Source of the DNA: Nitrosopumilus maritimus SCM1 | Lineage (GTDB): Archaea; Thermoproteota; Nitrososphaeria; Nitrososphaerales; Nitrosopumilaceae | DNA: 32,000 bases | Assembly: GCF_000018465.1 (NCBI RefSeq) | Contig: NC_010085.1 | Location: forward strand, 720,001-752,000 | Direction: 5' to 3' | Shown: one piece after another, positions 8,011 to 16,554 of the stretch | Layout: the number at the start of each line of letters is the position of its first letter | How positions within the stretch are numbered: the first letter of the stretch is position 1 | Program-made: the position numbers and the translations under genes | Notes under the pieces: generated by a model | The model's database searches: none | Seen by the model: only the letters and a program-made list of their open reading frames with translations | Told to the model about the DNA's origin: nothing

Positions 8011-8697
8011 ATGAAATCTATCTTTGTTGCTGGAACTGATACTGATGTCGGTAAAACCTACATCACTGCAGGATTGGCAGTTGCATTACGAAAAATGAAT
8101 GTAGATGTTGGTGTGATGAAACCTTTTGCTGCAGGCACTGCTCAAAAAAAAGGTTTCAAATCAGAAGACGTTGAAATTTTGGCCAAAGCTGCACAGGTAG
8201 CTGATCCTGAAAATTTGATAAACCCTCAATTTTTCCCAATTCCTGCATCTCCTTACACTGCTTGGAAAAATCTAAAAACAAAACCCAAAGTTTCTACTAT
8301 TCTATCTAGTTTCAAAAAATTATCAAAACTACATGAAATGATTCTTGTAGAAGGAATGGGTGGAATAATGACGCCTATTCTCAAAGACTATTACATTACA
8401 AATTTGATAAAAGAAATGAAAATTCCATCTGTAATTGTTACTAGAAGTAAAGTTGGCACTGTTAATCATACCATAATGACAATTCAGATGTGTCAGAAAT
8501 ACAAAATTCCAATTAAAGGAATAATCATTAATGATTTTGATGATGATGGTTATCCTATAAAAAATCTCAAAAGAGATTTGGAGAGTTTAACAGGAGTCAA
8601 AGTTTTGGGTTCTATTCCATTTATCAAAGATATGAGTAATGCATCACTAAATAGAATCTTTAAGAAAAACATTGATTTGAAATCTTTGTTAAAGTAA
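8011..8697 (+). CDS. bioD: Dethiobiotin synthetase
   Basis: N-terminal P-loop FVAGTDTDVGKTYIT, EGMGG, and a size typical of BioD. Confidence 0.85.
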   Translation: MKSIFVAGTDTDVGKTYITAGLAVALRKMNVDVGVMKPFAAGTAQKKGFKSEDVEILAKAAQVADPENLINPQFFPIPASPYTAWKNLKTKPKVSTILSSFKKLSKLHEMILVEGMGGIMTPILKDYYITNLIKEMKIPSVIVTRSKVGTVNHTIMTIQMCQKYKIPIKGIIINDFDDDGYPIKNLKRDLESLTGVKVLGSIPFIKDMSNASLNRIFKKNIDLKSLLK

Positions 8698-9099
8698 TTA
8701 TGAATAGTACTCTTTGAATCCTTTATCTGTAGAATAAATCTCAATTTTTGGTCCAAACATTCCTTGTTTTTGTATTACTTTGATAAGATCCCGTTTTTCT
8801 AATTGTTGCAGAATTGAATCAAGTTCTTTTGAATCAATTTTCAAATTTCTTTGAATTTTATCAAATGTGTTTGCACCTTGATGCATAATCCCCAAAACTT
8901 GCATGTCTTTAGTTTGTGGGGTCAATGGTTCTTCTTTTGGACTTTCTCTCGTGTTTTGTGATTCTTGGAACGGTCTTTCTTGCCTGTAATAATCTTCAGT
9001 TTTCTGTCTTCTTTTTGCAATCACTCTTGGAATAATTCGAGCTAATGGAATTGCTAGAAAAATTATCAAATAAATCCATGAAAAGTTTGGGTCTGCCAT
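8698..9099 (-). CDS. Membrane-anchored protein with a C-terminal winged-helix-like domain
   Basis: N-terminal TM helix (FSWIYLIIFLAIPLARIIP), a charged linker, then a wHTH-like segment (ANTFDKIQRNLKIDSKELDSILQQLEKRDLIKV). Confidence 0.5.
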   Translation of the reverse strand: MADPNFSWIYLIIFLAIPLARIIPRVIAKRRQKTEDYYRQERPFQESQNTRESPKEEPLTPQTKDMQVLGIMHQGANTFDKIQRNLKIDSKELDSILQQLEKRDLIKVIQKQGMFGPKIEIYSTDKGFKEYYS

Positions 9100-9207
9100 A
9101 ATCTAACTTGATATTCTTGAGATAAATTTGTTCATTTCATGTATTTGTGGTGCCTAAATCAGCAATATTACAGATGGTATAATAGTGGTAAATGCATAAT
9201 GGAGTAG

Positions 9208-10071
9208 ATGTCAAAATACCGTTCTCCACCAATGAGTGTCAACATGAATGCAGCCAAAGGTGTTGCAATTGGAATCATTATTTTAATCATAATTGGAGTT
9301 GTTGCATTTGCGTCAGTAAAGATTGTAGATGCAGGTCATCGTGGCGTTTTGTTACACTGGAATGCAGTTGATTTGACACAACCTCCACTTGAAGAAGGTC
9401 TACATTTTGTAATTCCATTTCAAGATGAAGTTGTAGATATTGAAGTTCGTACGCTAAAATATGAAAAAAATACTAGAAGTGCATCTAAAGATCTTCAAAC
9501 GGTAGAAACAACTGTTACTGTAAACTATCATCCTGATAAAGAAGCAGTACATAGACTATACAAGAATCTCGGATTAGATTATGAAAATAGAGTAATTCAA
9601 CCAGCAATTGAGGAGACTGTAAAACAAGTAACTGCAAATTATAATGCAGAAGAATTAATCACAAAAAGACCTCTAGTAAAACAAGACATCGAATCATCAA
9701 TTAGAGAAAGATTAAATCAATTTGAAGTAGTGACTGAAGTAATTTCTATTACTGATTTTGAATTCTCCCCATTGTTTGCACAAGCAATTGAGTCCAAAGT
9801 GGAGGCTGAGCAAAAGGCACTCAAAGCAGAAAATGATTTGCTAAGAATAGAGGTAGAAGCCAAACAACGAGAAGCCAATGCAATAGGTATTGCCAATGCC
9901 AACATTGCAGAAGCAAAAGGTGAGGCCGAAGCAATTGCAATTATCAACAAAGCCCTTGCTGAAAATCCAAATTATTTAGAATGGCTAAAGACACAAGCTT
10001 GGGATGGAAAATTGCCTCTAGTAGTAGGTGAAGGTGGTACACCATTCATTCAAATCCCGGTTACACCTTAA
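9208..10071 (+). CDS. SPFH/band 7 (prohibitin-like) membrane protein
   Basis: N-terminal TM anchor, then an SPFH core (VDAGHRGVLLHWNAV..., LHFVIPF, VTVNYH, VISITDFEFS) and an Ala/Glu-rich coiled coil (AEQKALKAENDLLRIEVEAKQREA). Confidence 0.8.
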   Translation: MSKYRSPPMSVNMNAAKGVAIGIIILIIIGVVAFASVKIVDAGHRGVLLHWNAVDLTQPPLEEGLHFVIPFQDEVVDIEVRTLKYEKNTRSASKDLQTVETTVTVNYHPDKEAVHRLYKNLGLDYENRVIQPAIEETVKQVTANYNAEELITKRPLVKQDIESSIRERLNQFEVVTEVISITDFEFSPLFAQAIESKVEAEQKALKAENDLLRIEVEAKQREANAIGIANANIAEAKGEAEAIAIINKALAENPNYLEWLKTQAWDGKLPLVVGEGGTPFIQIPVTP

Positions 10072-10086
10072 TCATTTCTAAATATT

Positions 10087-10380
10087 TTAGTTATTTTGTT
10101 TCTCTCTAATCACATCATACATTGCTAAAAATTGATCTGGTTCTTTTTGGCGGTAGTGTTTTTCTAAGTTTTGAATTTCTTTATCTGATTTCTTTTCTCC
10201 TTTCTCTTCATAGTATTCTTTGATGATTTGAGATGGTGTTTTTTGGATGTTGTATTTCTGTAATGTTTGATTCACTGATCTTTTACACATGAAATCATAC
10301 ATGGCATATTTGTACACCAAATAACCTGTCAATCCAACTACTGCAACTATGATTATTGGAATTATGATTACTGATGCCAT
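10087..10380 (-). CDS. Small single-TM hypothetical protein
   Basis: 97 aa with an N-terminal TM helix (VIIIPIIIVAVVGLTGYLVY) and a charged C-terminal tail. Confidence 0.5.
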   Translation of the reverse strand: MASVIIIPIIIVAVVGLTGYLVYKYAMYDFMCKRSVNQTLQKYNIQKTPSQIIKEYYEEKGEKKSDKEIQNLEKHYRQKEPDQFLAMYDVIREKQNN

Positions 10381-10420
10381 GATTTTTGTATGTATTTTTG
10401 ATATTTATTCTCTTTTTGTT

Positions 10421-10969
10421 CTATATTCGTAAAATTTTGAACTTGTTTGCACCGCCAACATTACTAAACTGTGCAATCTCAAAAATAATCTTTGAAAATG
10501 TGGATCTTTCTTTTGATAACACAAAACTCTTTGTATCTAATGACATGTCTTCTGATAAAACCACCCAAATGTTTTCTTTGTTTGGTTGAATTTTCTCTAA
10601 CTGAGTAATTTTTTCTTCAATAACTTGCTTATCTGAAGATTTTGGAATACAAATCAATAATGTCATTTTAGGATCTTTCTCTAATGTTTTGATGTCCGGA
10701 ACTACAATGTCTAACTCTATTCCTTGATAATCGATTTTTCTTTGACTATTCAATAGTGCATTAGTTAGTAAATAATGAAGAATTCCTGTGGCCAAAATTC
10801 CTACGGCCATATCTTTTTCATCCATAGCTATGATTTTGTCATAACAATTCTCAATAATTTCATCAATGACAACATCAAATTTTTTTTGAGAGATTAATTG
10901 CGGAATTGTTTGTGAGTTTTTGATATAATCAAATAGATAATCCTTGATTGGATTTGCCTCTTCATCCAT
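10421..10969 (-). CDS. Hypothetical protein translationally coupled to HMG-CoA synthase
   Basis: 182 aa with no motif I recognise. Its ATG (10969-10967) overlaps the TAA of the upstream HMG-CoA synthase by 1 nt (TAATG). Confidence 0.6.
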   Translation of the reverse strand: MDEEANPIKDYLFDYIKNSQTIPQLISQKKFDVVIDEIIENCYDKIIAMDEKDMAVGILATGILHYLLTNALLNSQRKIDYQGIELDIVVPDIKTLEKDPKMTLLICIPKSSDKQVIEEKITQLEKIQPNKENIWVVLSEDMSLDTKSFVLSKERSTFSKIIFEIAQFSNVGGANKFKILRI

Positions 10970-12363
10970 TATTCGTTATAGATGTAACGTCTTTCGCCTC
11001 TAGATTCAGTTTCAGTTTTTACATCCACTAGACTGAATTCTTTTTTGGATTTGAGCATGGATTCTTCTGGAGACAACTTGTTTTCATGTAATTCTTCATA
11101 TTCTTCCCAAGTTAGTCTTCGTCTTTCACCAATTTCAGCTTCCAAATTCATATTCTTTACAATCTCTTCAAACTCTGGTTGAATAACGCCACTAAACACC
11201 ATTGCACTACTGCCACTTCCATAGGAACCAAACCCAATTCTTTTACCTTCTAATTGAATTCCTTTTTGATATTCAAATTCTAAACTACTTCTGAATCCCA
11301 AGTAAAGTGATGCAGTATACAAGTTACCAATCATACTAGATGCAATAAGTGAACTTGCAAGTTTTGATTCATAGACTTCTTGATATTCTGGAGTCTTTGT
11401 AAATAATTTTGTAAACTCGTGATCTTTTGCCATAAACTCTTCATCTCCCAATACTGATTCTATAGTTCCTCGAGGATCTTTTGGAATTGGTTCATCCATT
11501 CCAATTTCTTGTAGAACTTTTTTCCATCTTGGAAGTTGACGCCATTCATGTCTTACCAAATATGCTAATGCCTTCTTTCCCATGTTGCTGTATGGCAAGT
11601 GCATGTTGATGTAATCCATGTGGTCTAGTATTGTTTCCCCTTGCTCTATGTTGATTAATTTAGTTGAGATTACTTTTTTCTTGTATGCTTCTAGTGCTTT
11701 TCTTACTTGAATCATGTATAACATGTTGGAATATTGACCATGAACGATTGGGGTCTCTTTTCCAAATGGTCTGTAAAAGTCATATTCATCTTTAATTGAT
11801 GTTGATGTTACTTTAGGATCAAATGCTAATAATCTTGGATTATCATTGAGAAGCATCACTACAGCTCCTGCACCCTGTGTCATTTCTCCACTAGAACCCA
11901 TATCATATTTTGCAATATCTGATACCACTACCAGGGCATGTTTTCCCTCTGCTTCTCCAGCTCTAATCCAATTTGTATTGTCATAAAGAGCATAAGAGCC
12001 ACTAACACATGCAAATTTGGTCTCAACGCCACCACAGTGCTCAAATGCACCTTGACCATAGACTTGCTCTAACATGCCAATCACAAAAGAATTCATTGCC
12101 TTTGATTCATCAAATGATGATTCTGTTGAAACGTATAATCTACCAATATCTTCTGGAGATAGCTTGTTTTTTTGCATAATTTTCAAACAAGCGTTTGCAG
12201 CCAGTATTGCTGGGTCTTGATTGGCATCAACTATTGCCATTTGAGAAACTCCCAAGCCCTTTTGTAATTTTACGGGGTCTAATCCTCTTGCTTCAGCAAA
12301 ATCTGCTGCATCAATGTATAATCTAGGGATGTATATGGAAATGTCATCAATTCCAGCTGCCAT
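10969..12363 (-). CDS. Hydroxymethylglutaryl-CoA synthase (long form, 464 aa)
   Basis: The N-terminal pattern GIDDISIYIPRLYIDAADFAEARGLDPVKLQKGLGVSQMAI...YVSTESSFDESKA matches the HMGCS family, with a thiolase-fold Cys region (FACVSGSYAL). Confidence 0.85.
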   Translation of the reverse strand: MAAGIDDISIYIPRLYIDAADFAEARGLDPVKLQKGLGVSQMAIVDANQDPAILAANACLKIMQKNKLSPEDIGRLYVSTESSFDESKAMNSFVIGMLEQVYGQGAFEHCGGVETKFACVSGSYALYDNTNWIRAGEAEGKHALVVVSDIAKYDMGSSGEMTQGAGAVVMLLNDNPRLLAFDPKVTSTSIKDEYDFYRPFGKETPIVHGQYSNMLYMIQVRKALEAYKKKVISTKLINIEQGETILDHMDYINMHLPYSNMGKKALAYLVRHEWRQLPRWKKVLQEIGMDEPIPKDPRGTIESVLGDEEFMAKDHEFTKLFTKTPEYQEVYESKLASSLIASSMIGNLYTASLYLGFRSSLEFEYQKGIQLEGKRIGFGSYGSGSSAMVFSGVIQPEFEEIVKNMNLEAEIGERRRLTWEEYEELHENKLSPEESMLKSKKEFSLVDVKTETESRGERRYIYNE

Positions 12364-12370
12364 AAGCTTG

Positions 12371-12375
12371 CCTCC
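12371..12375 (-). promoter_or_regulatory. Shine-Dalgarno-like GGAGG 7 nt upstream of the HMG-CoA synthase ATG
   Basis: In minus-strand orientation the sequence reads CCGGAGGCAAGCTTATG. Confidence 0.4.
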
Positions 12376-12468
12376 GGGAATTCACTAATAAGGTTAGCGG
12401 GTAAATTCTAGATAACTAGGAAGGGAATTTTGACAATTATTTTCAACTTGTCACGCCTGATCTGATCG

Positions 12469-13179
12469 CTAACTGAGTTTTTCTAACTCTGAATCAAATG
12501 TCATTTGAAATGTTGAATATGGTTTGGCACCAAACAAACTTGTAACTTCTCCATCCGGCCCTATTACAAAAAATGCTGGAGTTCCAGTTAATTCTAGTGA
12601 TCTTGCATCTTCATTGCTTGCAACAATTGTCTTTGAATGAATTCTATCAATCATACATTCAGACCATGTATCTACATCCAATCCAATTTCTTGTGCAAAT
12701 CGTAGTAAGTTTTCTGAAGATGCCCATCCATTATTCTCTCCAGTCCAGTTGTTATACAAAATATCGTGATATTCCCAAAACATTCCCTGATCATTTGCAC
12801 AATGTGCTCCATGAGATGCATTAATGGAATCAGGACCAATTATGTTGTAATCTTTGAAGATCATTCTCACTTTACCAGTTTCAACATAATTCTCTAAAAT
12901 GTCTCCTTCGGTTGAATGGAAAAAGACATTACAAAAATGACATTGATAATCACCAAATTCAACTAGTGTGATTGGAGCGTTGGAATCTCCCAATATTGGA
13001 GAACCATTGGCCAAAAATGTCTCCATAGTCACTCTTGCTGGTCCTTCTGGTTGAATTGTAGGGGTAGGTTGCATTACTAGTTCTGATTCATTAGATATTC
13101 CATCAAAACCCAAAAAAACAATGACTAAAACAACTGCAGAAATTCCTGCACCTATTGCCAAAGATGGACCATGTATCAC
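12469..13179 (-). CDS. Membrane-anchored DsbA-like thiol:disulfide oxidoreductase
   Basis: N-terminal TM helix, then FGDYQCHFCNVF (CxxC in a thioredoxin-fold context) and a C-terminal GTPAFFV motif typical of the DsbA family. Confidence 0.75.
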   Translation of the reverse strand: MIHGPSLAIGAGISAVVLVIVFLGFDGISNESELVMQPTPTIQPEGPARVTMETFLANGSPILGDSNAPITLVEFGDYQCHFCNVFFHSTEGDILENYVETGKVRMIFKDYNIIGPDSINASHGAHCANDQGMFWEYHDILYNNWTGENNGWASSENLLRFAQEIGLDVDTWSECMIDRIHSKTIVASNEDARSLELTGTPAFFVIGPDGEVTSLFGAKPYSTFQMTFDSELEKLS

Positions 13180-13216
13180 TAGTTTTAAAATTTTTTTAGC
13201 TCATTTAGTCTTTGTG

Positions 13217-13948
13217 TTATGGTGATGAACTTCCATCACTAGGTGTTTCTCCTAAAGTGAACATTTGCAATAATTTTGATGATCTTGAATCATTATCTTC
13301 TGCAGTAATTGTAACTGTTAGGTTTTCCCGTGGGTATCTTTCAGGAATGTAAAATTCTGTTTCAAAGAGTCCCCTGTCATTTGTAATTCCGTTTGCAGAA
13401 TGAAATTCTTCATTGTTTTCATCTAAAACCATTACATTGATGTTGATGTTTGACAGATGTCCATAGTTTAGATTAAAATCATTTAATTTGTTTTGTTGTG
13501 GGTCATATGTTTTAATCTCAATTGAAGCGTATTGCTTTGAATAAACTCGTTGTGTATATTGAACTAAAATCTGTAAATCGTCTTCTTTTTCCATTGTATC
13601 TTCTTCTGTAATATTTTCTTGTGTAGTTTTTTCCTCAAATGATAATGGCATAAACTCTCCTCCAACATAGATTATTCCGTGTGTTTTAATCTCGTCGTCT
13701 ATAATTTTTGAATATGTGATATATGGAAATCCTTCAATTGTATGTCCAGACATTCTAATGATCTTCCCATTAGAGAATTCTCTTATCTGAATATCATTGC
13801 TTATTTGAAATTGATTTTCATCCGTGTTTATCGCGCCAGTTTGCAAAAATGGAATTTCTGTAAGTGGGTCTACTTCAGCGTATGTATTGGTACTGAAAAA
13901 CAATCCAAAAGATAAAATGAAAATTCCTGCTATGATCTCCCTTTTCAT
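13217..13948 (-). CDS. Secreted hypothetical protein
   Basis: Signal-peptide-like N-terminus (MKREIIAGIFILSFGLFFSTNTYAEV), no recognised catalytic motif, and a Ser/Pro-rich C-terminus. Confidence 0.55.
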   Translation of the reverse strand: MKREIIAGIFILSFGLFFSTNTYAEVDPLTEIPFLQTGAINTDENQFQISNDIQIREFSNGKIIRMSGHTIEGFPYITYSKIIDDEIKTHGIIYVGGEFMPLSFEEKTTQENITEEDTMEKEDDLQILVQYTQRVYSKQYASIEIKTYDPQQNKLNDFNLNYGHLSNININVMVLDENNEEFHSANGITNDRGLFETEFYIPERYPRENLTVTITAEDNDSRSSKLLQMFTLGETPSDGSSSP

Positions 13949-14099
13949 ATTTTTTCTACACCGAATCTTACTTTAAAGAATTTTTATGGAATGATCCTGT
14001 TGATTATTTTCAAAAAAATCTTGGATTTATGACTGGATGTTTATTTGGAGTTAATGCTGGTATCAATAACTAAAAAAACGGGATATATTGTGAAATGAT

Positions 14100-15152
14100 A
14101 TGAAGCAAGTTTTTGTTAATGGGTATGGTTCCATTGGCAGTAGAATCACTGCTTTTCTCAAAGATGATCCTGAAATCTTAGTTGTGGGCGTAGGAAAATA
14201 CTCTCCAGACGATGATGTCAATCTTGCAATCTCTAGAGGCTTGAATGTTTATGTTCCTGAAAAAAAATTAGATGATTTCAAAGATTTCAAAATATCTGGT
14301 TCTATTGAGTCTGCATTAGACAATTCTGATCTTGTAATTGATGCAGCTCCTGGCGGTCATGGATACAAAAACAAGAAAAATTTGTATGAACCACGTAACC
14401 TTCCTGCAATTTACCAAGGTGGTGAATCAACAATGGGCGATGATGCAGTTTCTGATTTGTTGTTTAACTCTAGAGCAAACTATGATCTTGCAATAGGAAA
14501 ACATCATGTCATGCAAGGAAGTTGTAATGTAACTGGAATGGGTAGAATCCTTGAACCATTAAGGGACAAATTTGGAGATAATTTGATTAGATTTGATGTT
14601 ACACTTGTTAGAAGATGGGCAGACATTGAACAAACTGACAAAAAACTTTCAGACACCATTGAAATGACTGAAAAACCTCATCATGGTGATGATGTAAAAT
14701 TATACTTTGGAAAAGATGCACCACTTTATGTCCGTGCAATCAAAGTTCCTACAAGACAGATGCACTTACACATTATGGATATTAGATTCAAAGATACTGC
14801 ACCAAAACCTTCTGAGATTCATGAACTCTTTACAAATGAATTTGGTGTTGCAACACTTTGGACTGCAAAGGGAACAAAAGATGTTAGAGATTATGCACAA
14901 AATATGGGCTTTAATTTTACAGATACTAATATGATTCACATTCATGCAAACATGACTACTTCCATCGGTGATACGGTACAAATGATGTATTCAGATGATC
15001 AAACAGGAATTGTTATTCCAGAAAATCACATGTTGATGCAAGCAATGTTGTTTGAAAAATCATATGCTGATGCATTTGCTCACACTGAATCAATCTTCCA
15101 CATGGTTGAAAAGAAACAAAAATTGCAAGAACACTTTGCAAAGAAGGACTAG
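14100..15152 (+). CDS. gap: Glyceraldehyde-3-phosphate dehydrogenase, archaeal type II
   Basis: VNGYGSIGSR (Rossmann), YQGGE, catalytic GSCNVTG, LVRRWAD, PHHGDDV and VIPENH. The order and spacing match archaeal GAPDH. Confidence 0.8.
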   Translation: MKQVFVNGYGSIGSRITAFLKDDPEILVVGVGKYSPDDDVNLAISRGLNVYVPEKKLDDFKDFKISGSIESALDNSDLVIDAAPGGHGYKNKKNLYEPRNLPAIYQGGESTMGDDAVSDLLFNSRANYDLAIGKHHVMQGSCNVTGMGRILEPLRDKFGDNLIRFDVTLVRRWADIEQTDKKLSDTIEMTEKPHHGDDVKLYFGKDAPLYVRAIKVPTRQMHLHIMDIRFKDTAPKPSEIHELFTNEFGVATLWTAKGTKDVRDYAQNMGFNFTDTNMIHIHANMTTSIGDTVQMMYSDDQTGIVIPENHMLMQAMLFEKSYADAFAHTESIFHMVEKKQKLQEHFAKKD

Positions 15153-16402
15153 GTTCTAATTTTCTCTATTCTGATTTTTTGAGGAATATTCTTTGATACT
15201 TTTTCTACAACTATTCTAAGATCTTCTACCTCTACTTTGTCCCCTTCTTGTGGAATGTCTTGTAGTCTTTCATGTAACAAACCACTCAATGATGCATAAT
15301 CATCACCTTCAGGTACGTTAGTTTTGAAAATTTCATTTACAATATCAATTTCAATATCTCCGTTTGTGACAATTGTGTCTTGATCAATTCTTTCATAGCC
15401 TATAGTTCTAGTTAGATCCGTTTCATCTTCAATCTCTCCGACAATCTCTTCTAACAAATCTTCTAGTGTGACTAACCCTTCAACTCCTCCATGCTCATCT
15501 ACAACAATTGCCATGTGTGTTTTTCTTCCCTTCATCTCTTTTAGCAAAGAACTAACCATCTTTTCTTGAGATGCAAATACTGGTTTTCTTGCAATTTGCT
15601 CTAAACTAACAACTTCGTTGTCTTTTTCTAATTCTTTTAGGACATCTCTGGCATGAATAAAACCTACAATGTCATCTTGTGTGTCCCCATAAATTGGAAT
15701 TCTAGAATGACCACTTTGGTTAATTTGTGGTAATGCTTCAAAAAGTAACATTTTTGAATTTAGTGTAAACATTTTTGTTCTTGGGGTCATCACTGAACGA
15801 ATTACAGTGTCATCAAATTTCAATGCCCCGTGAACTAATTCCATTTCATCTCTCTCAAGTGCTTTTTCTTCCAAGCCTTGATCAATAACTCCTTTAATCT
15901 CCTCTTCAGTAATCGGTGGAGGAGCATAACTGCTACCTGTCATCTTTACTACACCTTTTGTAATGGTTTCAAAGAATTTTACAACTGGATATAATGCGTA
16001 ACTAAATCCTAATAATATTGGAGCGTATCTTAATGCAATTTTTGTAGAGTTTGCATTACAGTATGTTTTTGGGGTAATCTCTCCAAAAATTAGAATCAAA
16101 AATGTCATGATGCCCACGGCAATTCCTAACCCTTCATCACCAAACATTCTGATTGCAACACTTGTTGCCAATGCAGATGCCCCAACATTCACCAAATTAT
16201 TGCCCAGATTGACACTAGACATCATCCATCCAGGATTTGTTTTTAATTTGTAAAGTGCCTTAGCACCTTTCTTACCTTCATTGAATAATTGAACAACTTT
16301 GGATTTTCTTACTCCTACTAGTGCAACCTCTAACCCACTGAAGAATCCAGATAATCCAATAAGTACAGCTAACGCTCCAATTTCAACCCATAAATCTACC
16401 AT
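15149..16402 (-). CDS. CNNM/CorC-HlyC family transporter (DUF21 TM domain plus CBS pair plus CorC_HlyC-like C-terminus)
   Basis: Four N-terminal TM segments with FFSGLEVALV, and CBS-pair features (VMTPRTKM..., SRIPIY, VGFIHARDV, HMAIVVDEHGGVEGLVTLEDLLEEIVGEI). Its stop overlaps the gap stop in CTAG. Confidence 0.8.
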   Translation of the reverse strand: MVDLWVEIGALAVLIGLSGFFSGLEVALVGVRKSKVVQLFNEGKKGAKALYKLKTNPGWMMSSVNLGNNLVNVGASALATSVAIRMFGDEGLGIAVGIMTFLILIFGEITPKTYCNANSTKIALRYAPILLGFSYALYPVVKFFETITKGVVKMTGSSYAPPPITEEEIKGVIDQGLEEKALERDEMELVHGALKFDDTVIRSVMTPRTKMFTLNSKMLLFEALPQINQSGHSRIPIYGDTQDDIVGFIHARDVLKELEKDNEVVSLEQIARKPVFASQEKMVSSLLKEMKGRKTHMAIVVDEHGGVEGLVTLEDLLEEIVGEIEDETDLTRTIGYERIDQDTIVTNGDIEIDIVNEIFKTNVPEGDDYASLSGLLHERLQDIPQEGDKVEVEDLRIVVEKVSKNIPQKIRIEKIRT

Positions 16403-16407
16403 GATAT

Positions 16408-16412
16408 CCTCC
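16408..16412 (-). promoter_or_regulatory. Shine-Dalgarno-like GGAGG 5 nt upstream of the CNNM-family gene ATG
   Basis: In minus-strand orientation the sequence reads CCGGAGGATATCATG. This is the same CCGGAGG heptamer seen upstream of HMG-CoA synthase. Confidence 0.4.
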
Positions 16413-16554
16413 GGAAAATTTTCTTAGAACAACTATGTTGTTTTTTCATTTAGTATTGTTGCACCATCTCTTTGGTATACTAAATTCGTAAAACAGGGAT
16501 TTAACCTTTAAGATTCTAATTATTTTTAAAATTAATTGAGCCTAAAAATTGAGG

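Noticed and set aside
10421-10969. 182-aa HMGCS-coupled ORF as a PD-(D/E)xK nuclease (ELDIVVPD ... LICIPKS)
   Set aside because: The second motif lacks the acidic residue of (D/E)xK, and the spacing and secondary-structure context cannot be judged by eye. The evidence is too weak to call.
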